From the IMG/VR virus record IMGVR_UViG_3300044908_000045, positions 32,001 to 96,000 of that record: a stretch of DNA of 64,000 nucleotides. One strand, written 5' to 3'. Source of the DNA: a virus. Under the pieces are notes generated by a model. The model did no database searches, was not told where the DNA came from, and worked only from the letters and a program-made list of their open reading frames with translations. Positions 63,738-64,000 of this stretch are shown here, piece by piece. Numbering within the stretch: position 1 is the first letter of the stretch; every line of letters starts with the position of its first letter. A program made the translations under genes and the position numbers.

Positions 63738-63950
63738 TTAGTCTGTCCCAGTCTGCGCGGTAAGCGCGGTGCTCAAACTTTGGTTGATCGCGAGTTGTGC
63801 CGCAGCGGGTGGTCCGGCGACGGTCCAGTATTGACCGCTCTGCATCCGAATGGTGGTGTTGCTGGGACCGTTTGGCCCGACCGATTCGACATGCTCGCCG
63901 GAGATGTACTCGATTGTCAGGCTATTCGCCAAGGTGAACGGAATCAGCAT
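63738..63950 (-). CDS. hypothetical protein
   Basis: compact ORF, I....V.SV...T.I.M.SG pattern. Confidence 0.45.
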   Translation of the reverse strand: MLIPFTLANSLTIEYISGEHVESVGPNGPSNTTIRMQSGQYWTVAGPPAAAQLAINQSLSTALTAQTGTD

Positions 63951-64000
63951 TTTATCGCCAGAACGGCCCGCGCAACGGCGACGGGTCTTCGGCTGGCTCT

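Noticed and set aside
1-64000. Integrase, large terminase, portal and major capsid genes
   Set aside because: No matching motifs recognised; probably outside the window, so lifestyle and morphotype remain inferred

Overview
A 64-kb segment of a GC-rich tailed dsDNA phage genome, probably temperate and podovirus-like. The host is most likely an alphaproteobacterium (GapR-like and DUF3309 genes, DUF1376 initiator). Left to right: (1) late/virion block (1-20.5 kb) with two GNAT-like proteins, two large ejection proteins (one with a lambda-R-like muramidase domain), a GIY-YIG homing endonuclease, and six consecutive fibre/adhesin-like proteins that all carry export signals (Sec, Tat or lipoprotein), one with a GH54 arabinofuranosidase-like domain; (2) small genes with an HNH endonuclease and insertion scars; (3) lysis genes; (4) a sulfotransferase / glycosyltransferase / S53 protease operon; (5) a leftward early operon (RecT-like, RecE-like, AAA ATPase); (6) a cI/cro switch with a GTTRR-N5-YYAAC operator that recurs at distant promoters; (7) a rightward replication operon (ParB-like x2, GapR-like, RusA, an amino-methyltransferase with an in-frame intein-less LAGLIDADG insert, DUF1376 initiator with iteron-like repeats); (8) accessory envelope genes (Tat protein, PEP-CTERM protein), a Tad2/DUF2829 protein and an M28-like peptidase; (9) the small terminase, a dif-like 11-6-11 site, a strand-composition flip and many small genes. 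No capsid, portal, large terminase, integrase, tRNA or CRISPR array was recognised in the window. All family calls come from recognising motifs by eye, not from database searches.
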